This document shows, piece after piece, positions 25,300 to 37,189 of a stretch of 64,000 bases of DNA. Under the pieces are notes generated by a model. That model worked only from the letters and a program-made list of their open reading frames with translations, ran no database searches and had not been told where the DNA came from. This DNA comes from an uncultured Bifidobacterium sp. (GTDB lineage: Bacteria > Actinomycetota > Actinomycetes > S36-B12 > UBA5976). Every line of letters starts with the position of its first letter. Positions within the stretch are counted from its first letter, which is position 1. The stretch lies in contig CAZZKM010000003.1 in assembly GCA_964655115.1 (NCBI GenBank), positions 9,198 through 73,197 on the forward strand, written 5' to 3'. The position numbers and the translations under genes are program-made.

Positions 25300-26577
25300 T
25301 TGGCACGCTTAGGCGAAGGTACAGATCCACTAAAGTGCTCTTTTTGTGGCAAGGGTCAAAAGCAAGTTAAAAAATTAATAGCTGGCCCTGGTGTTTATAT
25401 ATGTGATGAATGTATTGAACTTTGTAATGAAATTATTGATGAAGAATTACAAGAAACAACAGATCTACCTTTTGATGAATTACCAAAACCAAAAGAAATT
25501 TATCAATTTTTAGATAATTATGTAATTGGCCAAGATCACGCTAAGAAAGCTTTATCTGTTGCAGTTTATAACCATTACAAAAGAGTTCAAGCTGGTGCAA
25601 ATGACAGAGCCAAAGATGATGCAGTTGAACTAGCTAAATCAAACATTTTATTACTCGGTCCAACTGGATCAGGAAAAACTTTATTGGCTCAGACTTTAGC
25701 AAGGTTATTAAATGTGCCATTTGCAATTGCAGATGCAACTGCATTAACCGAAGCAGGTTATGTTGGAGAAGATGTTGAAAATATTTTATTGAAACTTATT
25801 CAAGCTGCTGATTACGATGTTAAAAAAGCTGAATCTGGAATTATTTATATTGATGAAATAGATAAAATTGCCAGAAAGAGCGAAAATCCATCAATTACCA
25901 GAGATGTAAGTGGTGAAGGTGTACAACAAGCTTTATTAAAAATTTTAGAAGGTACTACTGCATCTGTTCCACCTCAAGGAGGTAGAAAGCATCCTCATCA
26001 AGAATTTATTCAAATTGATACCAGCAATGTTTTATTCATTGTTGGTGGAGCTTTTGCTGGTTTAGATAAAATTATTGAGTCAAGAATTGGTAAAAAATCT
26101 CTTGGATTTACTGCAGATTTTTCAAATACGGAAAACACAAATCCAGGTGATATTTTTGGCAAGGTTATGCCAGAGGATTTGTTAAAGTTTGGAATGATTC
26201 CAGAATTTATTGGCAGACTTCCAGTTGTCACTAGCGTGACAGCACTTTCCGAAGAGGCTTTAATGCAAGTTTTAGTTAAACCAAAAAATGCACTCGTTAG
26301 ACAATATGAAAGATTATTTGGATTAGACAATGTTGAATTAGAAATTACCGAAGATGCATTAAGAGCAGTTGCGGAATTAGCTCATCTTCGAGGCACAGGC
26401 GCTAGAGGTCTCAGAGCCATTATGGAAGAAGTCTTACTAAATGTTATGTATGACATTCCAAGCAGAAAAGACATTGGAAAAGTTGTAGTAAATCGTGACA
26501 CAGTGCTAGAAAATGTAAATCCTACTTTGGTTCCAAGAAAAGAACTACCAGAGCAACCTGAAGAAAAGTCTGCTTAA
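25300..26577 (+). CDS. clpX: ATP-dependent Clp protease ATP-binding subunit ClpX
   Basis: 425 aa, TTG start after AGGAG. Zinc-binding CSFCGK...CDEC, Walker [17 protein letters not shown] and the GARGLR sensor. Confidence 0.94.
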   Translation: MARLGEGTDPLKCSFCGKGQKQVKKLIAGPGVYICDECIELCNEIIDEELQETTDLPFDELPKPKEIYQFLDNYVIGQDHAKKALSVAVYNHYKRVQAGANDRAKDDAVELAKSNILLLGPTGSGKTLLAQTLARLLNVPFAIADATALTEAGYVGEDVENILLKLIQAADYDVKKAESGIIYIDEIDKIARKSENPSITRDVSGEGVQQALLKILEGTTASVPPQGGRKHPHQEFIQIDTSNVLFIVGGAFAGLDKIIESRIGKKSLGFTADFSNTENTNPGDIFGKVMPEDLLKFGMIPEFIGRLPVVTSVTALSEEALMQVLVKPKNALVRQYERLFGLDNVELEITEDALRAVAELAHLRGTGARGLRAIMEEVLLNVMYDIPSRKDIGKVVVNRDTVLENVNPTLVPRKELPEQPEEKSA

Positions 26578-29144
26578 GTTAATTTAATTTCTAGTTTAAG
26601 TTCTCCGTTTTGAGTTTTGTAAGTTAAATTTTTGATGTTTCCTGCCGCAATTAAATCTTTTTCAGCTTTCTTTAAAATTTCAATACCTTCGTTATTTGAA
26701 TTTATAACTAAATCAAAAACTTCAGCTTTCATGGAAAGTTGCTTTTCAGTTTTAGCTTTTCTAATTTCTGCTAGCACTTTGGTCACTAATTCAAGGTTTT
26801 CAACTTTAATATTTTTATTTGCAGTAATTTCCTCAGGTTTTGGCCAGATTTGAAGATGTACTGAATCCTTTTGCCACCAAGACCAGACCTCTTCACTTAC
26901 AAATGGAACGAAAGGCGCAAAAAGTTTCAATAAGGTATGAATGGTAATTCCCAAGGCTGCTTTAGCCGAATTTGCTGATTCTTCACCTTGTTTTCCATAG
27001 GTTCTTTCTTTAACTAGTTCTACGTAATCATCAGTGAAAGACCAAAAAAAGGTTTCAGTTACTTCCAAAGCCTTTGTATAGTCGTATTTTTCAAATGCTT
27101 TTGAAGCGGTCTCAACTACTTGGGCTAATTTATTTAATAATGCATGGTCAACTTCAAGTTTTACATCATCTTTTTTCAAAGTGGCATTTAAACTTAAAGC
27201 AAATTTACTCGCGTTAAGAATTTTTACAGCTAATCTTTTTCCAATTTTCATCTGCCCTGTATCAAATGCAGTATCAGTGCCAGGTCTACCCATTGCAGCC
27301 CAATATCTCACTGCATCAGAGCCATACTCCTTTAATAAATCAATTGGAGTAACTACGTTTCCTTTTGATTTACTCATCTTTTTTCTATCTGGATCTAAAA
27401 TCCAACCGCTAATACTAGTGTTTTTCCAAGGAAGAGAATTTTCTTCCAAATGACTTCTTACGACTGTTGAAAATAACCAAGTTCTAATTATTTCGTGCGA
27501 TTGAGGTCTTAAATTCATAGGAAAGATTTTTTTAAATAAATCGTTGTCTAATCCCCATGAACCAGCAATCTGTGGTGTCAATGAAGAAGTAGCCCATGTA
27601 TCCATCACGTCTGGATCACCAATAAAGCCATTTGGTTTATTTCTTTGTGATTCATTAAATCCATCAGGACAATCACTTTGCGGATCGATCGGTAATTGAC
27701 TTTCTTTAGGAATTAAAATTTGATCATAAATTGGATTAGCATTTTCATCTAATTTGTACCAAATAGGAAGTGGAACACCAAAAAATCTTTGCCTGGAGAT
27801 TAACCAATCGCCATTAAGTCCTTCAACCCAGTTTTGGTATCTGATTTTCATGTAATCAGGATGCCAACATAACTCTTCACCTCGAGATAAAAGTTGATTT
27901 CTTAAATTCTGATCTCGACCACCATTTCTTATGTACCACTGTCTGGTGGTAACAATTTCTAAAGGTTTATCACCTTTTTCAAAAAATTTGACTGCGTGCG
28001 TAATTGGTTTTGGTTCACCGATTAATTGATTTGATTTCTTTAATTCATCTACCAAAATTTCTCTAGTTGTGTGAGAAGTTTTTCCAATTATTTTAGAAAA
28101 TATTTCTATAGCTTTAGCAGTTTTTATCCAGTCGGGAGTTTCATTTTGAATTTTTCCATCCCAACCAATTAATCCTCTTGTTGGTAAATTAAATTCTCTC
28201 CACCAAATAACATCTGTAACGTCTCCAAAAGTACAAATCATAGCGATTCCGCTTCCTTTTTCAGGATCTGCCAAATGATGGGCAACAACTGGAACTTCAA
28301 CTTCGAATAAAGGAGTTATTACTTTTTTCCCAAATAGAGGTTTGTATCTTTCATCTTCAGGATTTGCCACTAAAGCAACACAACTTGGAAGAAGTTCTGG
28401 TCTTGTGGTTTCAATAAATACATCAGAGCCATCTTCTTTTTTGAATGCGATTTTATGAAAAGCTCCGGGTCTTTCTCTGTCTTCCAATTCGGCTTGGGCA
28501 ACTGCAGTTCTAAAAGTTACATCCCAAAGCGTTGGAGCTTCAGCTTGATAAGCTTCCCCTCGATTTAAATTATTTAAAAATGCTTTTTGAGACACAAATC
28601 TGGCTCGTTTATCAATTGTTTGATACGTATAATTCCAGTCAATTGATAAACCCAAAGTTTGAAATAATGATTCAAAAACTTTTTCATCCTCTAATGTTAA
28701 TTTTTCGCACAATTCAACAAAGTTTTTCCTTGATATTGGAATTTGTTTTTCTGAGGGTTCTGTGGGAGGTTGAAAATTTGGATCGTAAGCAAGGGAAGGA
28801 TCGCACCTGACTCCAAAAAAGTTTTGAACTCTTCTTTCCGTTGGCAATCCGTTGTCATCCCAACCAATGGGATAAAAAACTTTTTTACCAATCATTCTCT
28901 GGTAGCGAGCGATTAAGTCAGTGTGCGTATAGGAAAAAACATGTCCAACGTGAAGTGAGCCACTAACAGTTGGAGGAGGGGTATCGATTGAGTAAACAGA
29001 GCTTTTGTCGCAATTTTTATCAAATGCATAGGTTTTGTTGCTAACCCAAGCATTTCCCCATTTTTCCTCTAAACCATCTAAAGATGGTTTTTCAGGAACT
29101 TGAGGGTAAATTGCAGAATCACTCATACCAGCAATCTTATGCAA
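26574..29144 (-). CDS. valS: Valine--tRNA ligase
   Basis: 856 aa. HIGH-type motif [21 protein letters not shown], and a class Ia editing-domain layout. It shares a TTAA stop overlap with clpX. The start may be the internal Met (MSDSAIYPQ). Confidence 0.92.
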   Translation of the reverse strand: MHKIAGMSDSAIYPQVPEKPSLDGLEEKWGNAWVSNKTYAFDKNCDKSSVYSIDTPPPTVSGSLHVGHVFSYTHTDLIARYQRMIGKKVFYPIGWDDNGLPTERRVQNFFGVRCDPSLAYDPNFQPPTEPSEKQIPISRKNFVELCEKLTLEDEKVFESLFQTLGLSIDWNYTYQTIDKRARFVSQKAFLNNLNRGEAYQAEAPTLWDVTFRTAVAQAELEDRERPGAFHKIAFKKEDGSDVFIETTRPELLPSCVALVANPEDERYKPLFGKKVITPLFEVEVPVVAHHLADPEKGSGIAMICTFGDVTDVIWWREFNLPTRGLIGWDGKIQNETPDWIKTAKAIEIFSKIIGKTSHTTREILVDELKKSNQLIGEPKPITHAVKFFEKGDKPLEIVTTRQWYIRNGGRDQNLRNQLLSRGEELCWHPDYMKIRYQNWVEGLNGDWLISRQRFFGVPLPIWYKLDENANPIYDQILIPKESQLPIDPQSDCPDGFNESQRNKPNGFIGDPDVMDTWATSSLTPQIAGSWGLDNDLFKKIFPMNLRPQSHEIIRTWLFSTVVRSHLEENSLPWKNTSISGWILDPDRKKMSKSKGNVVTPIDLLKEYGSDAVRYWAAMGRPGTDTAFDTGQMKIGKRLAVKILNASKFALSLNATLKKDDVKLEVDHALLNKLAQVVETASKAFEKYDYTKALEVTETFFWSFTDDYVELVKERTYGKQGEESANSAKAALGITIHTLLKLFAPFVPFVSEEVWSWWQKDSVHLQIWPKPEEITANKNIKVENLELVTKVLAEIRKAKTEKQLSMKAEVFDLVINSNNEGIEILKKAEKDLIAAGNIKNLTYKTQNGELKLEIKLT

Positions 29145-29161
29145 TACATAGTATTTAATTA

Positions 29162-30475
29162 ATGATGGTCAATTTAGACGCAGTTTCAGCACTTTCTAAT
29201 CGATTTCCTGAAAACAAAATTAATCCTTCCCTAGATCGAATTTTGATGGCAATGGAATTAATGGGTCAGCCTCAAAACAATTTCAAAACAATTCATATCG
29301 CTGGCACTAATGGCAAAACTAGTACTACTCGAATGATTGAGCGACTATTGCGAACACTTGATTTGAAAACAGGACTATTTATTAGTCCTCATTTAATTCA
29401 TCCCCGTGAGCGAATTGAGATTAATGGACAAATTATTTCTGAAAAAAGGTTTCAAGAAATATTTGATGAAGTAAGTCCATATTTAGAGTTAATTGATCAA
29501 AAATTTATAGATGCCCCAATGACTTTTTTTGAAGTTTTAACCGCAATGGGATTTTTAGCTTTTTCTGATGAACCAATTGATGTTTTATCCCTTGAAGTTG
29601 GGATGGGGGGAAGTTGGGATTCAACAAATGTAGTTACACCTGAAGTTTCAGTTATCACAGCAATTGGATTAGATCATCAAGAATTTCTAGGTTCAAGTAT
29701 TAAAGAAATAGCATATGAAAAATCAGGAATAATAAAAGAAAATATTCCAGTCGTTATCTCAAAACAAGTTAAAGAGGCAAATCAAGTTTTAAACGAAACC
29801 GCTTTAAGCAAAAATTCTCAAATAATAAGAGAAGGCATCGAATTTGATATTTTAGAAAGAACTGTTGGAGTGGGAGGGCAGCAATTAAATATTGCAACTC
29901 CTCACGGAAATTATCAGGATTTATTTTTACCTCTTTTTGGCAAGTATCAGGCTTCAAATGCGGCATGTGCTTTGACAGCTGTTGAAACTTTTTTTGGAAA
30001 GAAACTTGAATTAGAACTTGTACAAGAAGCATTTGCTGATTTTAAATCTCCTGCAAGATTGCAAATTATCAAAAGAAATCCCACTATTTTAATCGATGCC
30101 GCACATAATGTTTCAGGTGTTCAAAATACTATTGAGGCCATTGAAGAGACATTTAAATTTGATCAAAAGATATTGATAATAGGTTTTATGAAAGATAAGG
30201 ATGTTGACGAAATGCTTGATCTGCTGAAAAGTTATGCCCAAGATGTAATAATTACTCAAGTTAATTCAAATAGAGCGATAAGCATAGAGGATTTAAATAA
30301 AAAAATAAGTTTGATTCCAAATTTTTCACAAAACTTAATTGCTTACAATAATTCAAAAGATGCACTTGATTCTGCAATTACGATAGCTAAAACAAAGAGT
30401 GGCTCAACTGGCATTATCGTTTTAGGTTCGATAGCTTTGGCTGGGGAAATACTTCAGCATTCAAAATCTTTTTAG
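29162..30475 (+). CDS. folC: Bifunctional folylpolyglutamate synthase / dihydrofolate synthase
   Basis: 437 aa. Mur-ligase P-loop HIAGTNGKTST, and the valS-folC-ndk synteny typical of Actinobacteria. Confidence 0.88.
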   Translation: MMVNLDAVSALSNRFPENKINPSLDRILMAMELMGQPQNNFKTIHIAGTNGKTSTTRMIERLLRTLDLKTGLFISPHLIHPRERIEINGQIISEKRFQEIFDEVSPYLELIDQKFIDAPMTFFEVLTAMGFLAFSDEPIDVLSLEVGMGGSWDSTNVVTPEVSVITAIGLDHQEFLGSSIKEIAYEKSGIIKENIPVVISKQVKEANQVLNETALSKNSQIIREGIEFDILERTVGVGGQQLNIATPHGNYQDLFLPLFGKYQASNAACALTAVETFFGKKLELELVQEAFADFKSPARLQIIKRNPTILIDAAHNVSGVQNTIEAIEETFKFDQKILIIGFMKDKDVDEMLDLLKSYAQDVIITQVNSNRAISIEDLNKKISLIPNFSQNLIAYNNSKDALDSAITIAKTKSGSTGIIVLGSIALAGEILQHSKSF

Positions 30476-30481
30476 GATTTT

Positions 30482-30823
30482 ATGAGAGCTCTAACATCTG
30501 CAGTTATTAGTTTTGAAATTCTAATTCTTATATTATTTATTCCTGCCGCGCTTCAAAATACTGAAGTAAATAGTACTTTTATGGTCTATACTTCAATATT
30601 TTTAATACTTTTTTCTGTAATCATTCTGGGTTTACTGAAAAAGCGAATTGGATTAATTCTTGGTTCTATTTTTCAACTATTCTTAATAGGTCTAGGTTAT
30701 TTTGTAAATTGGATGTATATTTTGGGTTTGATTTTTTTGGGATTATGGGTTGCTTCAATAAAAATAGGCAAAAAAACAGATCAAATCAAGAGTTCGTTCA
30801 AACCAAAAAATGACTCAAAGTAG
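30482..30823 (+). CDS. DUF4233-like small integral membrane protein
   Basis: 113 aa, 3-4 hydrophobic segments. It is the positional equivalent of Rv2446c, between folC and ndk. Confidence 0.6.
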   Translation: MRALTSAVISFEILILILFIPAALQNTEVNSTFMVYTSIFLILFSVIILGLLKKRIGLILGSIFQLFLIGLGYFVNWMYILGLIFLGLWVASIKIGKKTDQIKSSFKPKNDSK

Positions 30824-30840
30824 TATGAGAACAATAGGAA

Positions 30841-31266
30841 TTGAAGGGAATTAACTTGAGCGAAAGATCATTAGTTTTAATAAAACCAGACGGAGTTAAA
30901 CGCGGATTGGTTGGTGAAGTACTAAAAAGAATTGAGACTAAAGGTTGGAAAATTGTTGCTCTGGAAATGAAAAAATTAGATGAAAGAACAGCTGCAGCTC
31001 ATTATGCAGAACATGATGGTAAACCTTTCTTTAAAGATTTAGTCGCTTTTATAACTTCCTCAGAATTAGTGGCACTGGTTATTGAAGGTCCAAATGCAAT
31101 CGCAGGTTGGAGACAAATGATGGGTGCAACGAATCCAGCAAATGCTCAACCAGGAACAATTCGAGGAGATTTCGCAACTGAAACACAAAACAACGTGACT
31201 CATGGTTCAGATTCTCCTGAGTCAGCATCCAGGGAGATTGCACTTTTCTTTCCCGGATTAAAGTAG
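30841..31266 (+). CDS. ndk: Nucleoside diphosphate kinase
   Basis: [12 protein letters not shown], the catalytic His box NVTHGSDS, and TIRGDFA. The start is TTG 30841, or more likely TTG 30856. Confidence 0.92.
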   Translation: MKGINLSERSLVLIKPDGVKRGLVGEVLKRIETKGWKIVALEMKKLDERTAAAHYAEHDGKPFFKDLVAFITSSELVALVIEGPNAIAGWRQMMGATNPANAQPGTIRGDFATETQNNVTHGSDSPESASREIALFFPGLK

Positions 31267-31308
31267 TTTTACGTAATATAAATAGAGAAGTTAAATAAAA
31301 GGATAATT

Positions 31309-32343
31309 GTGGCAGGATTCAGCGGTGGTTTTTTAGGTCGTGATTTAGCAGTTGATTTAGGAACTGCAAACACATTAGTTTACGAACGTGGTCGTGGAAT
31401 TGTTTTAAATGAACCATCCGTAGTTGCGATTAACCAAAACACAGGCGGAATTGTTGCCGTTGGGGCAGAAGCAAAAAGAATGGTGGGAAGAACTCCAGGA
31501 AATATTGTTGCTATTCGTCCATTAAAAGATGGTGTTATTGCCGATTTTGATACCACCGAAAGAATGCTTAGATACTTTATTCAAAAAGTTCATAAACGTA
31601 GATTCTTAGCAAAACCAAGAGTTGTTATTTGTGTTCCAAGTGGAATTACAGGTGTTGAACAACGTGCTGTTAAAGATGCAGGTTATGCAGCCGGAGCTAG
31701 AAAAGTTTACATAATTGAAGAACCTATGGCTGCTGCAATTGGTGCAGGATTACCAATTCATGAACCAACAGGAAACATGGTTGTTGATATTGGTGGAGGA
31801 ACATCAGAAGTTGCAGTCATTTCTTTAGGTGGTGTAGTTACTTCTTTATCAATAAGAACTGGTGGAGATGAACTAGATGATGCACTAGTTCAATTTGTTA
31901 AAAAAGAATATTCTTTAATGTTAGGTGAACGCACTGCAGAAGAAATCAAAACCACAGTTGGAACTGCATTTCCAGTTCCAGATGAAACCTCAGCCGAATT
32001 AAGGGGACGAGATTTAGTTACAGGTTTACCAAGAACGATTGTTGTTACCGCAGAAGAAATAAGACGTGCGTTAGATGAACCTTTAACCAGAATTGTTGAT
32101 GCTGTAAAAACAACTCTTGATAGAACTCCTCCCGAACTTTGCGGTGACATTATGGATCGCGGAATTGTGTTAACTGGAGGCGGAGCATTACTAAAAGGTT
32201 TAGATGAAAGATTAAGACATGAAACTGGAATGCCAGTAATTATTGCGGAGCAACCTTTAAATTGCGTTGTCAATGGTTCAGGAAAATGTGTTGAAGAGTT
32301 CGAGGCTTTACAACAAGTATTGATCTCAGAACCACGCGCCTAA
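31309..32343 (+). CDS. mreB: Rod shape-determining actin homologue MreB
   Basis: 344 aa, GTG start. Motifs: [38 protein letters not shown]. Confidence 0.94.
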   Translation: MAGFSGGFLGRDLAVDLGTANTLVYERGRGIVLNEPSVVAINQNTGGIVAVGAEAKRMVGRTPGNIVAIRPLKDGVIADFDTTERMLRYFIQKVHKRRFLAKPRVVICVPSGITGVEQRAVKDAGYAAGARKVYIIEEPMAAAIGAGLPIHEPTGNMVVDIGGGTSEVAVISLGGVVTSLSIRTGGDELDDALVQFVKKEYSLMLGERTAEEIKTTVGTAFPVPDETSAELRGRDLVTGLPRTIVVTAEEIRRALDEPLTRIVDAVKTTLDRTPPELCGDIMDRGIVLTGGGALLKGLDERLRHETGMPVIIAEQPLNCVVNGSGKCVEEFEALQQVLISEPRA

Positions 32344-32364
32344 CAACATGATCGGCGGTTTGCC

Positions 32365-33291
32365 GTGAGAGATTCAACTCGATTAAGAACAATATTAGCC
32401 GTTTTATTACTACTTTCGTTTACTTTTGTGGCACTTGAATTAAGAAGTTCAGGCAGTGGAGTTACTAAAACATTAAGAGAATTTACGGCAAACTTAATTT
32501 CACCCATTCAAGAATCATCGAGTAATTTTACTAATTCAATTAAGAATTTCTCAAATACTTGGAATGAAATAAGAACGGCACGAAGTCAAGTTAAAGATTT
32601 ACAATCAGAAAATTTAATGCTTAAGGAAGAGCTGGCAAAATCAGAAGAAGAAAGAAGAAGAGCAGCAGAATTAGATGCTTTATTAAAACTAGCTGGAATT
32701 GGAACTTATGAAATTGTTCCTGCAAAAGTAATTGCTATAGGGTCTGCCCAAGATTATTCATGGACTATCACAATTGATGTTGGCCAATTAGATGGAATAA
32801 CTACAGATATGACAGTTTTGAGTGGTCAAGGTTTAGTGGGGCGAACCGTTTCAGTTGCAGATTCATCTGCAACAGTTGCACTTTTGGCTGATCCTTCTAG
32901 CAAAGTTGGCGCAAGAATCGGTGGAAAAGGCGAATTGGGTTTCATCGGAGGCACAGGTTTACCAAGTGAGCTCGAATTTGAATTATTTGATCCAATAGCG
33001 GAGATAAATAAAGGGGATCGAATTGTTACATGGGGTTCAGAAAATGGACGACCATTTGTACCTGGAGTTCCAATTGGTGAAGTTATTTCAATTAAATCTT
33101 CACCAGGTTTATTAACAAAATCAGCTCGAGTAAAACCTTACGTTAAATTATCGACTCTTGATTTGGTAGGTGTTGTAGTGGAACAACCAAGAGTTGATCC
33201 AAGAGATTCCTTGTTACCGCCTGCACCAGTTGTTCCAACACCAAGCTCTTCAATCTCTATATCTCCAAGTGCAAGTCCTAGTGTGGAATAA
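32365..33291 (+). CDS. mreC: Rod shape-determining protein MreC
   Basis: 308 aa. N-terminal TM, a coiled coil (LQSENLMLKEELAKSEEERRR), a beta-domain, and a Pro/Ser-rich tail. Sits between mreB and mreD. Confidence 0.85.
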   Translation: MRDSTRLRTILAVLLLLSFTFVALELRSSGSGVTKTLREFTANLISPIQESSSNFTNSIKNFSNTWNEIRTARSQVKDLQSENLMLKEELAKSEEERRRAAELDALLKLAGIGTYEIVPAKVIAIGSAQDYSWTITIDVGQLDGITTDMTVLSGQGLVGRTVSVADSSATVALLADPSSKVGARIGGKGELGFIGGTGLPSELEFELFDPIAEINKGDRIVTWGSENGRPFVPGVPIGEVISIKSSPGLLTKSARVKPYVKLSTLDLVGVVVEQPRVDPRDSLLPPAPVVPTPSSSISISPSASPSVE

Positions 33292-33293
33292 GA

Positions 33294-33815
33294 ATGAATG
33301 CATATAAATATGTTGCTTTAGTTGTAACAATTATTACGGCAGCTGTGCTACAACCTACTTTTTTTGCAAAATTTTTTTTACCGGGAGCAACTCCAGATGT
33401 TTTAATTGTGGTTTTAACTTGTTGGGCTTTACTTAAGGGGCCTGCCGTTGGAGCAATTGCTGGATTTTTTACTGGATTTTTAATTGACGTGTTACCACCA
33501 GGGGATCACTTAATGGGAATTTCTTCAATTTTTTTAACATTGATTGGTTATTTAGTTGGTTATTTAAGTCAAAATCAAAGTAGATCTTTTGTTCGTCCGT
33601 TGATAATTTCGGCTTCGGTTGCAAATGTTTTCTTTATAGTTAGAAGTATTTGGGCAAATTTATCTGGATCTGAATTTTCTATAAACATTTTTGCTGTAAA
33701 TTTTTTGACTCAAGGTTTGTATGCTGCGCTGTTAGCTATTTTTATTTATCCTGCAATTGGATTCTTGGACAAAAAATTAGGGCCAATTTCGAGAGCAGAA
33801 GAATTAAGGGTTTAA
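33294..33815 (+). CDS. mreD: Rod shape-determining protein MreD
   Basis: 173 aa polytopic membrane protein immediately after mreC. Confidence 0.75.
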   Translation: MNAYKYVALVVTIITAAVLQPTFFAKFFLPGATPDVLIVVLTCWALLKGPAVGAIAGFFTGFLIDVLPPGDHLMGISSIFLTLIGYLVGYLSQNQSRSFVRPLIISASVANVFFIVRSIWANLSGSEFSINIFAVNFLTQGLYAALLAIFIYPAIGFLDKKLGPISRAEELRV

Positions 33816-36002
33816 ATGCAAGATAAAACTCATATCCGTTTAAAAATTTTGAGAGCTGTTTTGCTCTCATTAATGTTTACTTTGGTTGGACGTTTGTTTT
33901 TTATTCAAATTACATCTGGAGATGATTTTCAACAAGCATCCCAACGAAACGCATTCAGAGAAGTTTTTACACCCTCTGTCCGTGGTCTTATTTTAGATCA
34001 AGTAGGTAGACCAGTAGTTGCAAATAAATCAACCGTCGTAATTAGTGTTAACACTCGAATTCTTGAATCTTTTGAAGATAAAGGAGAATCAGTAATCTCT
34101 AAGCTATCTTCTGTCATTAATATTCCAGAAAATGAAATTAAAGATCGACTAACTCCATGTGGAACCAAGGGAGCTAAGAAACCACCAATTTGTTGGTCAG
34201 GCTCACTTTTTCAACCAATCCCCATTGCGCAAGATGTTGATAACAAAATTGCATTACAAATTATGGAACAAAGAAGTGATTTTCCTGGCGTTACGGCTGA
34301 ACTAAACGCTTTAAGAGAAATTCCACGACCTTTTGATGTAAATATGGCACACATCATCGGATATGTAGGACCAGTAACTGATAAAGAAATTGATAAACAA
34401 AAGAAAGAAGGAATTTCATCTGATGATTTCGCATTACAAAATAATGACAAAATTGGAAGAGCAGGAGTTGAACGTTATTACGATGCGTGGTTAAGAGGAA
34501 AACCTGGAGTAACAGTACTTGCTGTGGATAAAGCATCAAATATAAAAGGTGTTGTAAAAGAAATTGATCCAGATCCAGGTAAATATGTTGTTTTAAATAT
34601 TGATGCTAAATTGCAATCTTTGGTTGAAGAGCAATTAGCTGCAGCAATTGATAGAGCTAGATCAAAAAATTATGTTGGAGAATCTGGTGCTGCAGTTGTA
34701 GTCGATGTTACAAATGGTCATGTTTTAGCAATGGCAACTTATCCAAGTTATGATCCAAGAATTTGGTTAGGCGGAATAACAAGTGAACAATTTCAAGCAT
34801 TGTCTGACCCAAAATCTGGGGTTCCCTTAATTAGTAGAGCAACCCAAGGTTTATTTGCGCCAGCGTCAATTTTTAAAGTAATTTCTACAGCAGCAGCTGC
34901 TGAAAATGGCTTTGATTTAAATGATATATATCAATGTCCACCTCAAATGGAAATTGGTAATCGTGTATTTAGAAACTATGAATCTATTGGTTTTGGTGCA
35001 ATTACCATGCAAAGAGCTTTGGAAGTTTCTTGTGACACTGTTTATTACGACATTGCAAATAAATTATGGCTAAGAGATGGTGGATTAAATCCTATTGAAA
35101 ATCCCAAAGATGCACTTGAAAAAATGTCTTTTGCGTTTGGGTTAGGTTCAAAAAGTGGAATCGATTTACCAGAAGATGTTAAAGGTCGCGTTGGAGGACG
35201 AATATTTAAAAAAGAATTTTGGGAAAAGAATCATGAAGTTTGGTGTGAAAGAGCTGAAAATGGTTACCCTGAAGTAGCTGAAAAAGATCCAGAGCGCGCA
35301 AGAATGTTGCAAAAGTTTGCTGTAGAAAATTGCACTGAAGGAATGAGATTTAGAGCAGGAGATGCAGTAAACACAGCAATTGGGCAAGGTGACACTGTTG
35401 TGACACCTTTACAAATGGCAATGGTTTATGCCGCGATTGCAAATGGTGGCTCAGTTTATGAACCCAGGGTAGTAAAAGCAATCATGAATCCAGATGGAAC
35501 CATTGCGCAACAAATTAATTCAAAAGTAAAAAGTAAACTTCCAATTTCAGATGCAACTTTAAATTATATTCAAAAATCATTAGTTGGTGTGACTATTTCA
35601 GGAACAGGAGCGCCACCTTTTGTTGGTTTTCCTCTTTCTAGAATTCCAGTTGCTACAAAAACTGGAACAGGTGAAGTTTTAGGTAAACAATCAACTTCTT
35701 GGTTTGCAAGTTATGCACCTGCCGATAATCCAAAATATGCTGTAGTGATGATGGTTGCTCAAGGTGGAACTGGTTCAGGAACTTCTGCACCAAGTGTGAG
35801 AAGAATTTATGAAGAAATTTTTGGAGTAAGAGGTAACACGATTGATCCTAACTCAAGTATTTTATTTGGTGGACAACCAAATAATTCAATGCCAAAAATA
35901 AGACCAGATGGTTTGCCAGATTATCCAGAAATTGAAGATTTATTGAATCCAAGTCCTTCACCATCTATTTCAAATTTAAGTGTTACGAAAGCTTCATCAT
36001 GA
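33816..36002 (+). CDS. mrdA: Penicillin-binding protein 2 (elongasome transpeptidase)
   Basis: 728 aa. N-terminal TM, SxxK box (SIFK), KTGT box (ATKTGTGE). Located between mreD and rodA. Confidence 0.88.
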   Translation: MQDKTHIRLKILRAVLLSLMFTLVGRLFFIQITSGDDFQQASQRNAFREVFTPSVRGLILDQVGRPVVANKSTVVISVNTRILESFEDKGESVISKLSSVINIPENEIKDRLTPCGTKGAKKPPICWSGSLFQPIPIAQDVDNKIALQIMEQRSDFPGVTAELNALREIPRPFDVNMAHIIGYVGPVTDKEIDKQKKEGISSDDFALQNNDKIGRAGVERYYDAWLRGKPGVTVLAVDKASNIKGVVKEIDPDPGKYVVLNIDAKLQSLVEEQLAAAIDRARSKNYVGESGAAVVVDVTNGHVLAMATYPSYDPRIWLGGITSEQFQALSDPKSGVPLISRATQGLFAPASIFKVISTAAAAENGFDLNDIYQCPPQMEIGNRVFRNYESIGFGAITMQRALEVSCDTVYYDIANKLWLRDGGLNPIENPKDALEKMSFAFGLGSKSGIDLPEDVKGRVGGRIFKKEFWEKNHEVWCERAENGYPEVAEKDPERARMLQKFAVENCTEGMRFRAGDAVNTAIGQGDTVVTPLQMAMVYAAIANGGSVYEPRVVKAIMNPDGTIAQQINSKVKSKLPISDATLNYIQKSLVGVTISGTGAPPFVGFPLSRIPVATKTGTGEVLGKQSTSWFASYAPADNPKYAVVMMVAQGGTGSGTSAPSVRRIYEEIFGVRGNTIDPNSSILFGGQPNNSMPKIRPDGLPDYPEIEDLLNPSPSPSISNLSVTKASS

Positions 36003-37189
36003 GTTATTTATCTATCGATAAATCAAAGGCAATAAAAAGAAATAGAGTTAATGATTCATTTTTTATCGGTTATGACTGGGTTTTAATTTCAAGTGCTTTG
36101 TTATTGTCGGTAATTGGTGCGGCGTTGGTTTATTCTGCATCAAATCAAAGATTACAAGATGCAGGACTTCCCACAGACTTTTATCTTCAAAGGCATGTTT
36201 TTAATTTAATATTAGGTTTAATTTTAGGATTGATCGTTTCTCGTTTTTCATTTAGAACTGCAAGAGCATATGCAATTATTATTTACGCCTTTGCAGTAAT
36301 TGGTTTAATGCTTGTTTTAATTCCTGGAATAGGTAAATCTCAAGGTGGTGCGCAAGCTTGGCTTGCTTTGCCAGGTGGTTTCACTTTTCAGCCAAGTGAA
36401 TTTACAAAAGTTGCATTAATTACTCTTCTTGCCATGGTTTTAACTGAAAGAAGAGATTCAGAATTAGTGCCACACGATAAAGATGTATTACTTGGTTTGT
36501 CTTTAGCCGGAATTCCTGCAGTTTTAGTTTTATTGCAGAATGATTTTGGAACGGTGATGATTATTGGAGCAACACTTTTAACTGTTTTAGTTGCCTCAGG
36601 AACTAAATTGCGGTGGGTTTTCGGTTCTTTATTTGGTGTTATTTTTGCAGGATTTATCGCATCTCAGCTCAACTTTATTAAGGATTATCAATTAAAACGA
36701 CTTGCTACTTTCGTTGATCCAACTCTTGATCCTTTAGGTGCTGGATATAACACGTTGCAGGCAAAGATTGCGATTGGATCAGGAGGGTGGTTTGGACAAG
36801 GCTATCTAAATGGTCCTCAAACTCAAGGAAAATATGTTCCAGCTCAAAGAACTGATTTTATTTTCACAGTCGCTGGTGAAGAGTTGGGTTTTTTCGGAGC
36901 CACGCTAGTAATCTTTTTAATTGGATTAATTTTGTATCGTCTTTCAAAAATTGCTTTAAAAGCTCCCGATAGATTTGGTCGACTAACTGCAGTAGGAGTT
37001 GCAGGTTGGTTTGCAATTCAATCATTTGAAAATATTGGAATGAATTTGGGAATTATGCCAGTAACGGGAGTTCCGCTACCTTTTGTTTCTTATGGCGGTT
37101 CCTCCATGTTTGTGTCTTGGATGGCAATTGGATTAGCAGTTGCAATCGGGCGAGAGATTGATGATCGGGTCAGCCCAATAATTCGCTAA
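35999..37189 (+). CDS. rodA: SEDS-family peptidoglycan polymerase RodA
   Basis: 396 aa polytopic protein. Motifs: QPSEFTKV, TDFIFTVAGEELGFFG, GVPLPFVSYGGSS. ATGA overlap with pbp2. Confidence 0.9.
   Translation: MSYLSIDKSKAIKRNRVNDSFFIGYDWVLISSALLLSVIGAALVYSASNQRLQDAGLPTDFYLQRHVFNLILGLILGLIVSRFSFRTARAYAIIIYAFAVIGLMLVLIPGIGKSQGGAQAWLALPGGFTFQPSEFTKVALITLLAMVLTERRDSELVPHDKDVLLGLSLAGIPAVLVLLQNDFGTVMIIGATLLTVLVASGTKLRWVFGSLFGVIFAGFIASQLNFIKDYQLKRLATFVDPTLDPLGAGYNTLQAKIAIGSGGWFGQGYLNGPQTQGKYVPAQRTDFIFTVAGEELGFFGATLVIFLIGLILYRLSKIALKAPDRFGRLTAVGVAGWFAIQSFENIGMNLGIMPVTGVPLPFVSYGGSSMFVSWMAIGLAVAIGREIDDRVSPIIR

Noticed and set aside
31890-32273. 127-aa minus-strand ORF inside mreB, and similar 60-125-aa antisense or out-of-frame ORFs throughout the track (for example 347-562, 1225-1500, 6190-6552, 12870-13202, 48875-49246, 61848-62150)
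   Set aside because: Each is nested in a strongly supported gene on the other strand or in another frame. None has independent support.
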